Below, piece after piece: positions 1 to 8,868 of a DNA stretch of 64,000 nucleotides. Within the stretch, counting starts at the first letter, position 1. Each line of letters begins with the position of its first letter. The stretch is from the NCBI GenBank assembly GCA_963828525.1, contig CAWHEP010000009.1:1-64000 (forward strand), written 5' to 3'. The notes below the pieces were generated by a model, which was not told the origin of the DNA, did not search any database, and worked only from the letters and a program-made list of their open reading frames with translations. This DNA is from an uncultured Verrucomicrobiae bacterium. Its GTDB lineage: Bacteria > Verrucomicrobiota > Verrucomicrobiia > Chthoniobacterales > Chthoniobacteraceae. Both the position numbers and the translations under genes were made by a program.

Positions 1-1089
1 GTGTTGTGTGACGCCTCGGTCACGTATTGCTATTGACCCCTCGAGGCAACCTCTTGTCCACTCCAGCCAAAAGGCTCAATCTGCGACGAGCGCCAGATCC
101 ATGGAAGCAGCCCAGATGACGTCAGTGCGGCCGCCCCGTGCCAAAACCGGAGACGACGAAGCAGGACACAGATTAGAAGCGCGAGCCGTTGAGACGCGAC
201 TGCCGCCCAAAGGGATGTACGAGATATTCTTTAATCCACGTTGAGAGAGATGTGCCATCTTCGCCAGAAATGGGTAAAACTCGTTGCCGAGATAGGGATT
301 ATGGAAGTTCTCCATCAAGCGGAAACCAATTATCCTTGCAAGGCCGATGGCCATGTCCGTGTAGCCGGAAAAGTCGAAATAAATTTGAAGCGTAAAACAG
401 GCCAAGCCAATCCAGCCTTGAACAGTGGAAACGCCGCCGCCCGGTCGGCCAAATACCTCATCGGCAATGGGCGCGAGCGCATCGGCAATCAGCACCTTCT
501 TTGCGAGTCCCTCCACAAATCGCAGAAGCCCGTCCCGGACATCCTCGTAGCAGCGCGAGGGTTGATCCAGTTGAGCGGCTATGTCGTGATACTTGATGAT
601 CGGTCCCGCAAGAAGTTTCGGGAATAAGAGGACGTAAGTCATGTAGCGCCAAAGAGACGCCGCAGGGCGACTAACGCCCCGATGGAGATCCACCAGGTAA
701 GTAATTTTCTCGAATACGATGAATGAAACTCCGAGGGGCAGGGTGATCGCCGGAAGCGGGATTAGATGAAAATGATGGCTGGCGAGCGCAACATTGATGG
801 TTCTAACGGCGAAGACCGTGTATTTCGCGTAGACCAGCAGGCCGAGGTTGGTTATCACGCCAACCGCGAGCGACCACTTGCCAAATGGCTGTCCCCTCGA
901 AATGGCAAAGCCCAGCAGCCAGTCGAGAATCGTCGAAGCCAGGACGACCCACAGAAATCTCGGCTCACTCCACCCGTAGAAGAAGAGGCTACCCGCGAGC
1001 AGCACGACACGTCTCGCGGGCTGAAACCAGTAGAGAACGAAAAAGACAGGGAGGAAGCCGAAAAGGAAGACGGGCGTGGAAAACAGCAT
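1..1089 (-). CDS. MBOAT family membrane-bound O-acyltransferase (AlgI/DltB-like); 3' part corrupted by indels and probably running off the window edge
   Basis: MLFSTPVFLFGFLP start, LPLGVSFIVFEKITYLVD, FPKLLAGPI, QIYFDFSGYTDMAIG, ENFHNPY, YIPLGGSR motifs; the reading frame degrades below about 290. Confidence 0.85.
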
Positions 1090-1210
1090 GCTTGGCTAAT
1101 TACGCCGCCCTCCCCGGGCGATGTTTGATGAGCACGCGATCATACAAATCGGATTGTCCGTGGCAACGGCGAATCAGCGTTTCTATCGACTTCCCCCGGG
1201 GTCGCTGCCC

Positions 1211-1239
1211 TTGTAATCGGGACGCAGTGCCGCTAATCT
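1211..1239 (+). promoter_or_regulatory. sigma70-type promoter for moxR
   Basis: TTGTAA(1211-1216)-N17-TAATCT(1234-1239), 6 nt before TTG 1246 and 9 nt before ATG 1249. Confidence 0.5.
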
Positions 1240-1245
1240 TCGCGC

Positions 1246-2274
1246 TTGATGCCTCCCGCAGATCTTACCACCGGTTCTCCTGATCAAGACGTCGAGGCCA
1301 TCAATGAACTGGGAGCTGTGTGCGGCAGGATGCGCTCTGAACTCGCCCGGGTCATAGTCGGGCAGGATGAAGTCATCGAGCGACTGTTGACCTGCATCTT
1401 CGCGCGAGGCCACGGCCTCCTCGTCGGAGTGCCGGGTTTGGCAAAGACCCTTCTGGTCCACTCGCTGGCGGAAGCGATGTCCCTCGACTTCAGCCGCATC
1501 CAGTTCACTCCGGACCTGATGCCGTCTGACATCACGGGAACGGATATCCTGCAAGAGACCGACCAGCCCGGCCGCCGGCAGTTTGAGTATGTGAGGGGGC
1601 CGATCTTCGCCAATATCGTGCTTGCCGATGAAATCAACCGCGCTCCTCCCAAAACGCAGTCCGCATTGCTTGAGGCGATGCAGGAGCACAGGGTGACTGC
1701 CGGTGGACATATTTACCGCCTGCCTGCCCCGTTTTTTGTTTTGGCGACGCAAAACCCTGTCGAGCAGGAGGGCACATATCCACTGCCAGAGGCGCAACTG
1801 GATCGCTTCATGTTCCTGATACAGGTGGATTATCCCTCCTTCGCCGAGGAACGCCGCATAGCGCGAGAAACGACGGGAAGCGCTTCTCTCGAGATTGCAA
1901 AGACGATCTCCGCCGAGCAGTTGATCTCCTTTCAGGAACTGATACGGCGCGTGCCGGTGCCGGAACATCTCTACGATTTCGTTGTTGAACTAGTCCGCCG
2001 CTCGCGTCCGACATCTGAGGTGGCGCCCGAGTGGATCAAGAGCTTGGTGACTTGGGGCGCCGGGCCTCGCGCCGTGCAGTATCTCATCATCGGGGCCAAA
2101 GCTCGGGCGGCTCTTCAAGGCAGCTACCTCGCTCGTATGGAAGATGTGGAAGCTCTTGCTGAACCGGTTCTTGTTCACCGCATCCTGACGAACTTCCACG
2201 CTGAGTCGGAGGGGATCACAAGCCGCGAAATCATCCGCCGTCTGATTGAGGAGATGCGAGCGGAGCAAGCCTAG
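1246..2274 (+). CDS. moxR: MoxR family AAA+ ATPase
   Basis: GVPGLAKT Walker A, RIQFTPDLMPSDITG, LADEINRAPPKTQSALLEAMQE, ATQNPVEQEGTYPLPEAQLDRF. Confidence 0.95.
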   Translation: MMPPADLTTGSPDQDVEAINELGAVCGRMRSELARVIVGQDEVIERLLTCIFARGHGLLVGVPGLAKTLLVHSLAEAMSLDFSRIQFTPDLMPSDITGTDILQETDQPGRRQFEYVRGPIFANIVLADEINRAPPKTQSALLEAMQEHRVTAGGHIYRLPAPFFVLATQNPVEQEGTYPLPEAQLDRFMFLIQVDYPSFAEERRIARETTGSASLEIAKTISAEQLISFQELIRRVPVPEHLYDFVVELVRRSRPTSEVAPEWIKSLVTWGAGPRAVQYLIIGAKARAALQGSYLARMEDVEALAEPVLVHRILTNFHAESEGITSREIIRRLIEEMRAEQA

Positions 2275-2284
2275 GGGTCGCCCA

Positions 2285-3175
2285 ATCAAGACGCCTCAAC
2301 TCGTTGACCCTGCCGCGCTCGCAAGGCTGACTCGAGCGCAGCTGTCCGCCCGGCTGCCAATGTCTGGCAGCATGTCGGGCCGTCACAAGAGTCCGCATCG
2401 CGGGTCGAGTGTCGAATTTGCCGAATACCGTAAATACGCTCCGGGGGACGATATCCGCCTTCTGGATTGGCGGGTCTACGCGCGCACGGATCGGTTTTAC
2501 TTGAAGGAATTTGAGGCGGACACTAATCTTCGCGCCTACTTCGTCCTGGATGGGAGCGCCTCCATGGGCTTCGCTGGCGCGGGAAAAAGCAAGCTTGCCG
2601 TCGCGCGGCGTCTGGCAGCGACCCTGGCTTATCTTCTCGTCCAACAAGGCGACGCGGTCGGGTTCGCCGGCGTCTCAGAGACAGGTCCAGCTGACATTCC
2701 CGCGCGGCGCAACGCAGCGCACCTTGGGAACCTCTTCTCCGCGCTGAACGCGCTGCGGCCAGCGGGAAAGACTGATCTTGTCGCTGCCCTGCACAAGCTG
2801 GCGGAGAAGATTCCACGCCGGTCGCTGGTCATTCTGTTTTCGGATTGCTTCGCTGAAGTGGAAGCCCTTCTACAATGCTTCCAGCATCTGCGGTTTCGAA
2901 GGCACGATCTCGTTGTTTTCCATTTGCTTGATCGCGCCGAGCTTGAGTTCCGATTCGCCCGACCCACCCGCTTCGTGGACTTGGAAAGCCCTTTTACTCT
3001 CCTCGCGGAGCCAGAGAACATCAGGCAGCGTTACCTCGCAGAACTCCGCCGCTTTCTGGATCGACTGAAAACGGGATGCCGCGAATTTAAAACAGAGTAT
3101 CGCCAGGTGGTAACCGATGAGGATTACGAGAAGGTGATCGCGGCATTCCTGATCGAACGCGCGCGCAAAAAGTAG
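2285..3175 (+). CDS. DUF58 domain protein (MoxR-associated); start uncertain
   Basis: GRHKSPHRGSSVEFAEYRKYAPGDDIRLLDWRVYARTDR, LDGSASM; no canonical start after the moxR stop (in-frame ATC at 2285, TTG at 2246 overlaps moxR). Confidence 0.9.
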   Translation: MKTPQLVDPAALARLTRAQLSARLPMSGSMSGRHKSPHRGSSVEFAEYRKYAPGDDIRLLDWRVYARTDRFYLKEFEADTNLRAYFVLDGSASMGFAGAGKSKLAVARRLAATLAYLLVQQGDAVGFAGVSETGPADIPARRNAAHLGNLFSALNALRPAGKTDLVAALHKLAEKIPRRSLVILFSDCFAEVEALLQCFQHLRFRRHDLVVFHLLDRAELEFRFARPTRFVDLESPFTLLAEPENIRQRYLAELRRFLDRLKTGCREFKTEYRQVVTDEDYEKVIAAFLIERARKK

Positions 3176-3259
3176 GCGCCTGGTGTGGTTGGAGATCGGG
3201 GTAACGCGCATTGCGCCGCCCACAAGCGAATCCTTCTACAACGGGATCGTTCCAATATT

Positions 3260-3763
3260 ATGCCAACGAAACACACTATTCTCGCAACTGCCCTTCTCCT
3301 AACAACGCTGCCTTTGTTCGCCCAGGATTCGATCGTGGATAAAGTCGAGCGTAGCACCGCGAAAGCCGCGGAGAAGACAAAGGAAGCCGCCGAGGAGGTG
3401 GGAGACAAAACCAAGGACGCAGCGCGCGCCATTGGCCATAAAAGCCGGGAGGTCTGGAGAAAAGCGAAAGCGTCCATGAGCGAGGACCGGGGAACTTACC
3501 GGCAGGGAGCGAGAGAGAAGCTCGATGACCTGGACTCACAACTCGCCGTTTTGAAGAGCCGCAAGGCTGAAGCAGCCGATCCGAGGGCATTTGGCCAGAC
3601 GTTGGACACCCTAAGCGAGCAGCGTGATACAGCGGAACACGAATTGGCGCAATTGGATACAGCGACTAACAAGGAGGATTACGCATCAGACCGGAGGCGC
3701 CTGAATGACACTGTGAATACCCTTGAGGATAATCTGGCGGACGCGCGGAAGCAGTTGCCTTGA
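3260..3763 (+). CDS. secreted alpha-helical/coiled-coil hypothetical protein
   Basis: ATG at 3260, signal peptide MPTKHTILATALLLTTLPLFA, A/K/E/D-rich helical repeats. Confidence 0.7.
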   Translation: MPTKHTILATALLLTTLPLFAQDSIVDKVERSTAKAAEKTKEAAEEVGDKTKDAARAIGHKSREVWRKAKASMSEDRGTYRQGAREKLDDLDSQLAVLKSRKAEAADPRAFGQTLDTLSEQRDTAEHELAQLDTATNKEDYASDRRRLNDTVNTLEDNLADARKQLP

Positions 3764-3767
3764 TCTG

Positions 3768-5279
3768 CTACGGAAGTCCCGCCAGCAGTTCATCACAAGT
3801 AGCGGCTCTCTGAATTAATTCGTTCAGGTTTCGCATTTCAGCGTTGGCAAACGCACGATTTAAATCCGCCCGCTTGGTGGAGCCATTCGAGGAAAACACG
3901 ATCTCGTCCCACTGCAGGGAGGCAATCTCCCGATTGAACTTGGCTACCGCTCGCCCGCGGAAGAACGCCCGGGTCGTTGTCGGTGGGTGGAATATTGCGT
4001 GTTTTATCTCCTGCTCCGTCACGACGCGCCTCATCGCACCGGACCTCATCAACTCATAATAAAGACCCTGCTCAGGCGAGATATTGTGGTACTCGAGATC
4101 GATAGCCTGCAGCCAGGGATCGCCCCAGTCCAGTTTCTCGCTTTCTCGGAAGGTATTCAGCAGGAACTTCTTTGCGACCCAATCAATCCGATCCCTGCAG
4201 CCTGAGTGATCGCTGGCAAGGTCGTTTAGAACCTGCGCCCACTCTTCCAAGAGCCAGGTTGTGTCTTCATCTTGCGCGCAATGCTTCGTCGCGGCGTCGA
4301 GGTAAAGACGCTGGACATCGACGGCTGACAGCTCCCTGCCGTCCTCCAGCTTCACAAGCCACGAAAATGTTTGATCGTGGCTGATTGATTTCGCCGCTTC
4401 CACCGGATTGGCGAGCGCGAGCGTAGGCGTCTTATTCTGTTCAATCAGGTCCAGGACCAGCGCGGTCGTTCCGACCTTTAGCGCTGTCGCGTACTCGCTC
4501 ATGTTCGCATCCCCGGCAATCACATGGAAACGGCGGAAAAGGCTCGGGTCCGCATGGGGCTCATCCCGGGTGTTAACCAAGGGCCTCTTGTTCATTGTGT
4601 CGATGCTCGCCAGCACGCTGAAAAAGTCCGCCCGCTGCGAAATCTGAAACACACCTGGCTTGCCGGCCGCCCCTTCTCCCTCGATGCCCATCTTGCCCGC
4701 TCCGGCAAAAATCTGGCGTGTCACCAAAAAGGGAACAATGCCGCTCACGACGCGCGCCCACGGCACATCCCGGCGCATGAGGTAGTTGTCATGGCAGCCA
4801 TAACTGTGGCCGACGAAGTCCGTGTTATTCTTGTAGAGCCTCACCTCCCTGCCAGATTCAGCGAGTTTCGCATTGCGCCTCCGGGCGCATTCCCAAAGAA
4901 TGCGTTCCCCGGCCTTGTCCTGCGCAATGAGTTCAGAAAGCGTCGCGCATTCCGGCGTCGAGTATTCCGGATGGGCGTGGTCGTTGTAAAACCGAGCTCC
5001 GTTGCTGAGGACAAGGTCGCTCTTTATTTCCTCGAAGCTTAGCGGCCTGCTTTTGTCGATCTCGTAATAGGCGGACTCGTCTGTGTCTTGCATCAATTCC
5101 GGCGCGCGGAATCCACGCGCGTCCTGATGCGGGTCCTCGAGTTCATAGTCCCACTTCATCGATGCCCCGTGTTCGGTATAACGACGGACGATCTCGATGG
5201 ACTCCTGCACCACATCCACGCTATCGACGCCGTCCACCGTGATTCCATACTCCGTCTCGATGCCGAATACCCGGTTCAT
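3768..5279 (-). CDS. dop: Pup deamidase/depupylase Dop (PafA/Dop family)
   Basis: RVFGIETEYGI, LSNGARFYNDHAHPEYSTPEC (Dop-type DHAHPEYS, not PafA-type DVGSHPEY), YKNNTD, SQRADFF, RPLVNTRDEPHAD, IDLEYH; GAGGA RBS 6 nt upstream. Confidence 0.9.
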   Translation of the reverse strand: MNRVFGIETEYGITVDGVDSVDVVQESIEIVRRYTEHGASMKWDYELEDPHQDARGFRAPELMQDTDESAYYEIDKSRPLSFEEIKSDLVLSNGARFYNDHAHPEYSTPECATLSELIAQDKAGERILWECARRRNAKLAESGREVRLYKNNTDFVGHSYGCHDNYLMRRDVPWARVVSGIVPFLVTRQIFAGAGKMGIEGEGAAGKPGVFQISQRADFFSVLASIDTMNKRPLVNTRDEPHADPSLFRRFHVIAGDANMSEYATALKVGTTALVLDLIEQNKTPTLALANPVEAAKSISHDQTFSWLVKLEDGRELSAVDVQRLYLDAATKHCAQDEDTTWLLEEWAQVLNDLASDHSGCRDRIDWVAKKFLLNTFRESEKLDWGDPWLQAIDLEYHNISPEQGLYYELMRSGAMRRVVTEQEIKHAIFHPPTTTRAFFRGRAVAKFNREIASLQWDEIVFSSNGSTKRADLNRAFANAEMRNLNELIQRAATCDELLAGLP

Positions 5280-6976
5280 ACAGGTTCCTCGCGAGCGCTG
5301 ACCACCGTCAAATCACGGCTCCACGAGGAGGCGGGCTTTTTCGAGGGGCGGACAGGAGATACCTTGACCACATTTTCGGAGTCATAATCGATCAATTTCA
5401 GCCAGTCTTCCGTGATGTCGGTCGGGGGGAAAATATCGTTCTCTGAGTACTCTGCTTCGAGTGAGAGACGCAGATCGCTCTCGCTTATCCCTTCCTCCTG
5501 AGTTGTCGCGATCGCTCGCTTGATTGCGAGACCCTTGGCCCTCTCGACAACCGAAGCGATCAAGGCGCCGCTTACCAGATCGCCCCGGTAAAGCAGATCC
5601 TTGCGCCCGCTGCGCAGCATAACTTCCAGAAAACGATTCTCATCCCTCCGCGCGAACTGCGTCTCCGTAGCGCTCGCCACCAAAGATTCGATGGCTCCCT
5701 CAACACTTCCGCATTTCTTCACAAGCTCCGGATCGTATGGCAGATCCCTGCCAAGATATATCTTGTAAATCTCTTTTGCCGCCTCCTTATCCGGACGGTT
5801 CACCTTGATCTTACGATCTATTCGTCCCGGACGGAGAATGGCCGGGTCGATAAGGTCCGCGCGGTTGGACGCGAGAATGATTACCACCTCGTTCAACGAG
5901 TCAATTCCATCCATTTCCGTGCAGAACATCGGGACCAGCGTGGAAAGGATGTTCGAGTATCTGGAGGATCGACGGGTGCCAAGGATGCTTTCCGCCTCAT
6001 CGATGAACAGATAGGGCATAAAGCCCTCCCGTCGCTTTTCGCGCGCTGTCGCAAAGATTTCGCGCACCATGCGCTCAGATTCTCCCACCCACATATTGAG
6101 TATCTCTGGCCCTTTTATGTGCATGAAGTATTCCCGCATCTCCTCGCCGGTCTCCTCCTTGAGTTTGGCGGTGAGATTATAGGCTGTAGCCTTGCCGATG
6201 AGCGTCTTGCCGCAACCGGGCGGGCCGTAGAGTAAAAAGCCTTTGGGGGTCGCGTGCTGGAAGCGCGCAAACAACTCGGGGTGCAAGAGAGGCAGCTCGA
6301 TGGCATCCTGTATGGCTCGCAAGGCTTCCTGCTGCCCGCCGACCTTCTGCCACGGGAGCTCGGGAACGGTCTCCAAGAAATAGTCTTCGCTGCGCGGCCG
6401 CGCGAGCGCTTCGATAGCCACTCTATAGTTCGAGTCCACGCGTACTTCGTCGCCAGCTTTCAGCTTACCCTTCATAAGGTCACTGCTCCGCTGCAACACC
6501 AGGGATTGCGCCCCGTGTTCCGTTCCCACCCGCAGGCGGTCAGCGCCGAGCAACTCGGCGACCTTGGTGACCGGTCCGCTCGTCTCGTAACCCAAATCGC
6601 CCACAATCACATAGGCCTCATTTACAAGAACGCGCGTCCCCTTTTTCAGCCGTCCAAGGTTTATTCGAGGATCCACGTTGCAATAATAATCCGAACCGCC
6701 CACCACAATCTGCGCGGTCTCTTTGCCCTGGCTACCCAAAAAGGTTCCGATCCGGTTTGCTGGAGAGGTCACCTTTTTGATGATCTGATCCATTTTTTCG
6801 ATGGTTTGGCGGGCCTCTCCCACCATGTCCTCCTGCTCCGCTACCATCGCCCGAGCGCTAAGCAGCGCCCGCCGATGCAGATCATCCAGGCCATCGCTCG
6901 AGAGAATGCGATCCAGAAGCTCGATGGCGGAGATGCCGTCGTCAGGGAAGGATTCAAGAGACGAGTCTTCCTGCAT
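5276..6976 (-). CDS. arc: proteasome-associated AAA ATPase Arc/Mpa
   Basis: N-terminal coiled coil, inferred OB domains, GPPGCGKT, IKGPEILNMWVGESER, FIDEAES, ASNRADLIDPAILRPGRIDRKI, SGALIASVVERAK; directly upstream of dop. Confidence 0.9.
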   Translation of the reverse strand: MQEDSSLESFPDDGISAIELLDRILSSDGLDDLHRRALLSARAMVAEQEDMVGEARQTIEKMDQIIKKVTSPANRIGTFLGSQGKETAQIVVGGSDYYCNVDPRINLGRLKKGTRVLVNEAYVIVGDLGYETSGPVTKVAELLGADRLRVGTEHGAQSLVLQRSSDLMKGKLKAGDEVRVDSNYRVAIEALARPRSEDYFLETVPELPWQKVGGQQEALRAIQDAIELPLLHPELFARFQHATPKGFLLYGPPGCGKTLIGKATAYNLTAKLKEETGEEMREYFMHIKGPEILNMWVGESERMVREIFATAREKRREGFMPYLFIDEAESILGTRRSSRYSNILSTLVPMFCTEMDGIDSLNEVVIILASNRADLIDPAILRPGRIDRKIKVNRPDKEAAKEIYKIYLGRDLPYDPELVKKCGSVEGAIESLVASATETQFARRDENRFLEVMLRSGRKDLLYRGDLVSGALIASVVERAKGLAIKRAIATTQEEGISESDLRLSLEAEYSENDIFPPTDITEDWLKLIDYDSENVVKVSPVRPSKKPASSWSRDLTVVSAREEPV

Positions 6977-6981
6977 CTGAG

Positions 6982-7010
6982 AGTGTAATGCCGTCAGCGG
7001 CGCGCTGCAA
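6982..7010 (-). promoter_or_regulatory. sigma70-type promoter, probably giving leaderless mpa mRNA
   Basis: minus strand TTGCAG(7010-7005)-N17-TACACT(6987-6982)-5 nt-ATG(6976). Confidence 0.55.
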
Positions 7011-7072
7011 ATTCGCGGAGGTATTCAGCATCTGTGCGTGTAAAATCACGCGGTATTGGTTTAAATCGATCT

Positions 7073-7879
7073 GTGAAGACACCCCTCAAAATAGGCTTCC
7101 TCGGCAGTGGAAAAATGGCGACGGCTTTGGTGGGAGGGGTTGTGAAGGGGTTTCCGGCGGATGATGTCACTGTCGCGGATCGCCTGCCCCAAGCAGCCAA
7201 AGAATTGGCTGGAAAGTTCGGGGTTCATCACGCGGCGACAAACGCCGAACTTTTTCTCCAATCCGATGTGATCGTAGTTTGCGTTAAACCGGGGGACGCT
7301 CTTGACGCGATCGCATCTCTCCACGCCGAGTCGGCCGGCAAACTGCTCATCTCCATCGTTGCGGGCCTCCCGCTAGCCCGCCTGGAACTCGCGGCAGGCC
7401 CCGGTTCACGCGTCATAAGAGTGATGCCAAACACACCCGCTTTGATCCATAAGGGCGCGGCAGCTTACGCGCTCGGCGCCCGCGCGCTGCCGGAGGACGC
7501 CCGCGTCGTCGAGGAGATCTTTTCGTCGGTGGGAACGATCTTCGCTGTGAAAGAGACACTCCTCGACGCTGTCACCGGCCTGAGCGGCAGCGGACCCGCG
7601 TTTGTGTATGTAGTAGTGGAAGCGCTCGCGGATGCTGGCGTTCTGATGGGTCTTCCTCGGGATCTGTCACTGCAGCTCGCCGCGCAGACTCTCGTGGGAG
7701 CGGGAGAGATGGTTCTTCAGACGGGATTACACCCCGCCGAACTGAAGGACATGGTTGCGAGCCCAGGAGGCACAACCATCGCCGGCCTTGAAGCTCTGGA
7801 GCGGGCGGGAACTCGCGCCGGAATTCTGGGCGCCGTGAGGGCTGCGACAGAGCGTTCAAGAGAACTTGGCAATGGATAA
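7073..7879 (+). CDS. proC: pyrroline-5-carboxylate reductase
   Basis: IGFLGSGKMA, RVMPNTP, VTGLSGSGPAF, VASPGGTTIAGL; GTG at 7073. Confidence 0.95.
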   Translation: MKTPLKIGFLGSGKMATALVGGVVKGFPADDVTVADRLPQAAKELAGKFGVHHAATNAELFLQSDVIVVCVKPGDALDAIASLHAESAGKLLISIVAGLPLARLELAAGPGSRVIRVMPNTPALIHKGAAAYALGARALPEDARVVEEIFSSVGTIFAVKETLLDAVTGLSGSGPAFVYVVVEALADAGVLMGLPRDLSLQLAAQTLVGAGEMVLQTGLHPAELKDMVASPGGTTIAGLEALERAGTRAGILGAVRAATERSRELGNG

Positions 7880-8543
7880 AGTTCCGCTCCTCGCATGCTT
7901 CTTCCTGAGCGTGTGCGACCTTGCCGCGCAGGCTCCGCGCTCATCGCCCGCCCCGGTCGCCCCGCTTGCTCCTGAAGCGAAACGCGCCGTCGAGAGCGGC
8001 CTCATGGCTTTCAATCGGGGAGACTTCCAGAACGCGAGAACGCAGTTTCTACTATTTCTCAAATTGATGCCCGATAATCCCACTGGTCTGGTCAATCTAG
8101 GCATAGCCGATTATCGCCTGAAGGATATGGCTGAAGCGGAAAAAGTTCTTCGGAGAGCTGTGCGAGCGCAGCCGGACGCGGCCGCAGCCTGGCTTGCATT
8201 GGGAGTCATCTACTATGAACAAGACAAGCTGGATGCCGCCCTCGCGGAGCTGAGCCAGGCTGTTTACCTCGATCCGAAGAACGCTCGCGCCCATAACTAC
8301 CTCGGGGCGGCAATAGGCAAACGAGGATGGAACTCTGGCGCGGAGCAGGAACTCGAAACCGCCATTCAACTGGACCCAAGGTATGCCGAGGCGCACTTCA
8401 ATCTCGCTCTATTCTCCCTTCAGCGCTCACCACCCGCGACCGAACTCGCGCGCCGGCATTACCAGAAATCCCTGGATTTGGGCGGCTCCCCTGACCCGCT
8501 AATCGAGAAAGAGTTGGCGGGACAGGCAAGCGCCTCGCCTTAG
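7872..8543 (+). CDS. secreted tetratricopeptide repeat protein
   Basis: signal peptide-like N-terminus, TPR units (AWLALGVIYY, AHNYLGAAI, AHFNLAL); overlaps the proC end. Confidence 0.85.
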   Translation: MDKVPLLACFFLSVCDLAAQAPRSSPAPVAPLAPEAKRAVESGLMAFNRGDFQNARTQFLLFLKLMPDNPTGLVNLGIADYRLKDMAEAEKVLRRAVRAQPDAAAAWLALGVIYYEQDKLDAALAELSQAVYLDPKNARAHNYLGAAIGKRGWNSGAEQELETAIQLDPRYAEAHFNLALFSLQRSPPATELARRHYQKSLDLGGSPDPLIEKELAGQASASP

Positions 8544-8556
8544 CGCCCGAGCTCGC

Positions 8557-8808
8557 CTATTCCTTGTCGAACTGAAGGGCGAGTTGGAGCTGTTCTATCG
8601 CGACGTCACAGGCGCGCAATGCCGCATCGCGATGACCGCCGAAATCATGATTCGCGCGCTGCATCCGATTCTTGGCCACTTCGAGCGCGTGGAGCGCATG
8701 ATGAAGTTCAGGATGTCGCTCCCGCCCCGGCTCCGCATGGAGGTTGGGAACGAACGCGAAGGGCAGCATTCCAGCGGAGACAAGAACAGCGGCGACGAAT
8801 TTTTTCAT
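8557..8808 (-). CDS. small secreted His-containing helical protein
   Basis: ATG at 8808, MKKFVAAVLVSAGMLPFAF signal peptide, ERHPELHHALHAL and HDFGGHRDAAL motifs. Confidence 0.7.
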   Translation of the reverse strand: MKKFVAAVLVSAGMLPFAFVPNLHAEPGRERHPELHHALHALEVAKNRMQRANHDFGGHRDAALRACDVAIEQLQLALQFDKE

Positions 8809-8868
8809 ATTTGTGGGGGACAATGGTGAAAACACCGCGACGCGCCCGGGGTTGCGGCCCATGGCAGA

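Noticed and set aside
3260..3763. Possible Pup/UBact modifier next to dop
   Set aside because: It is on the opposite strand, has a signal peptide, is too long and ends KQLP rather than GG[EQ]
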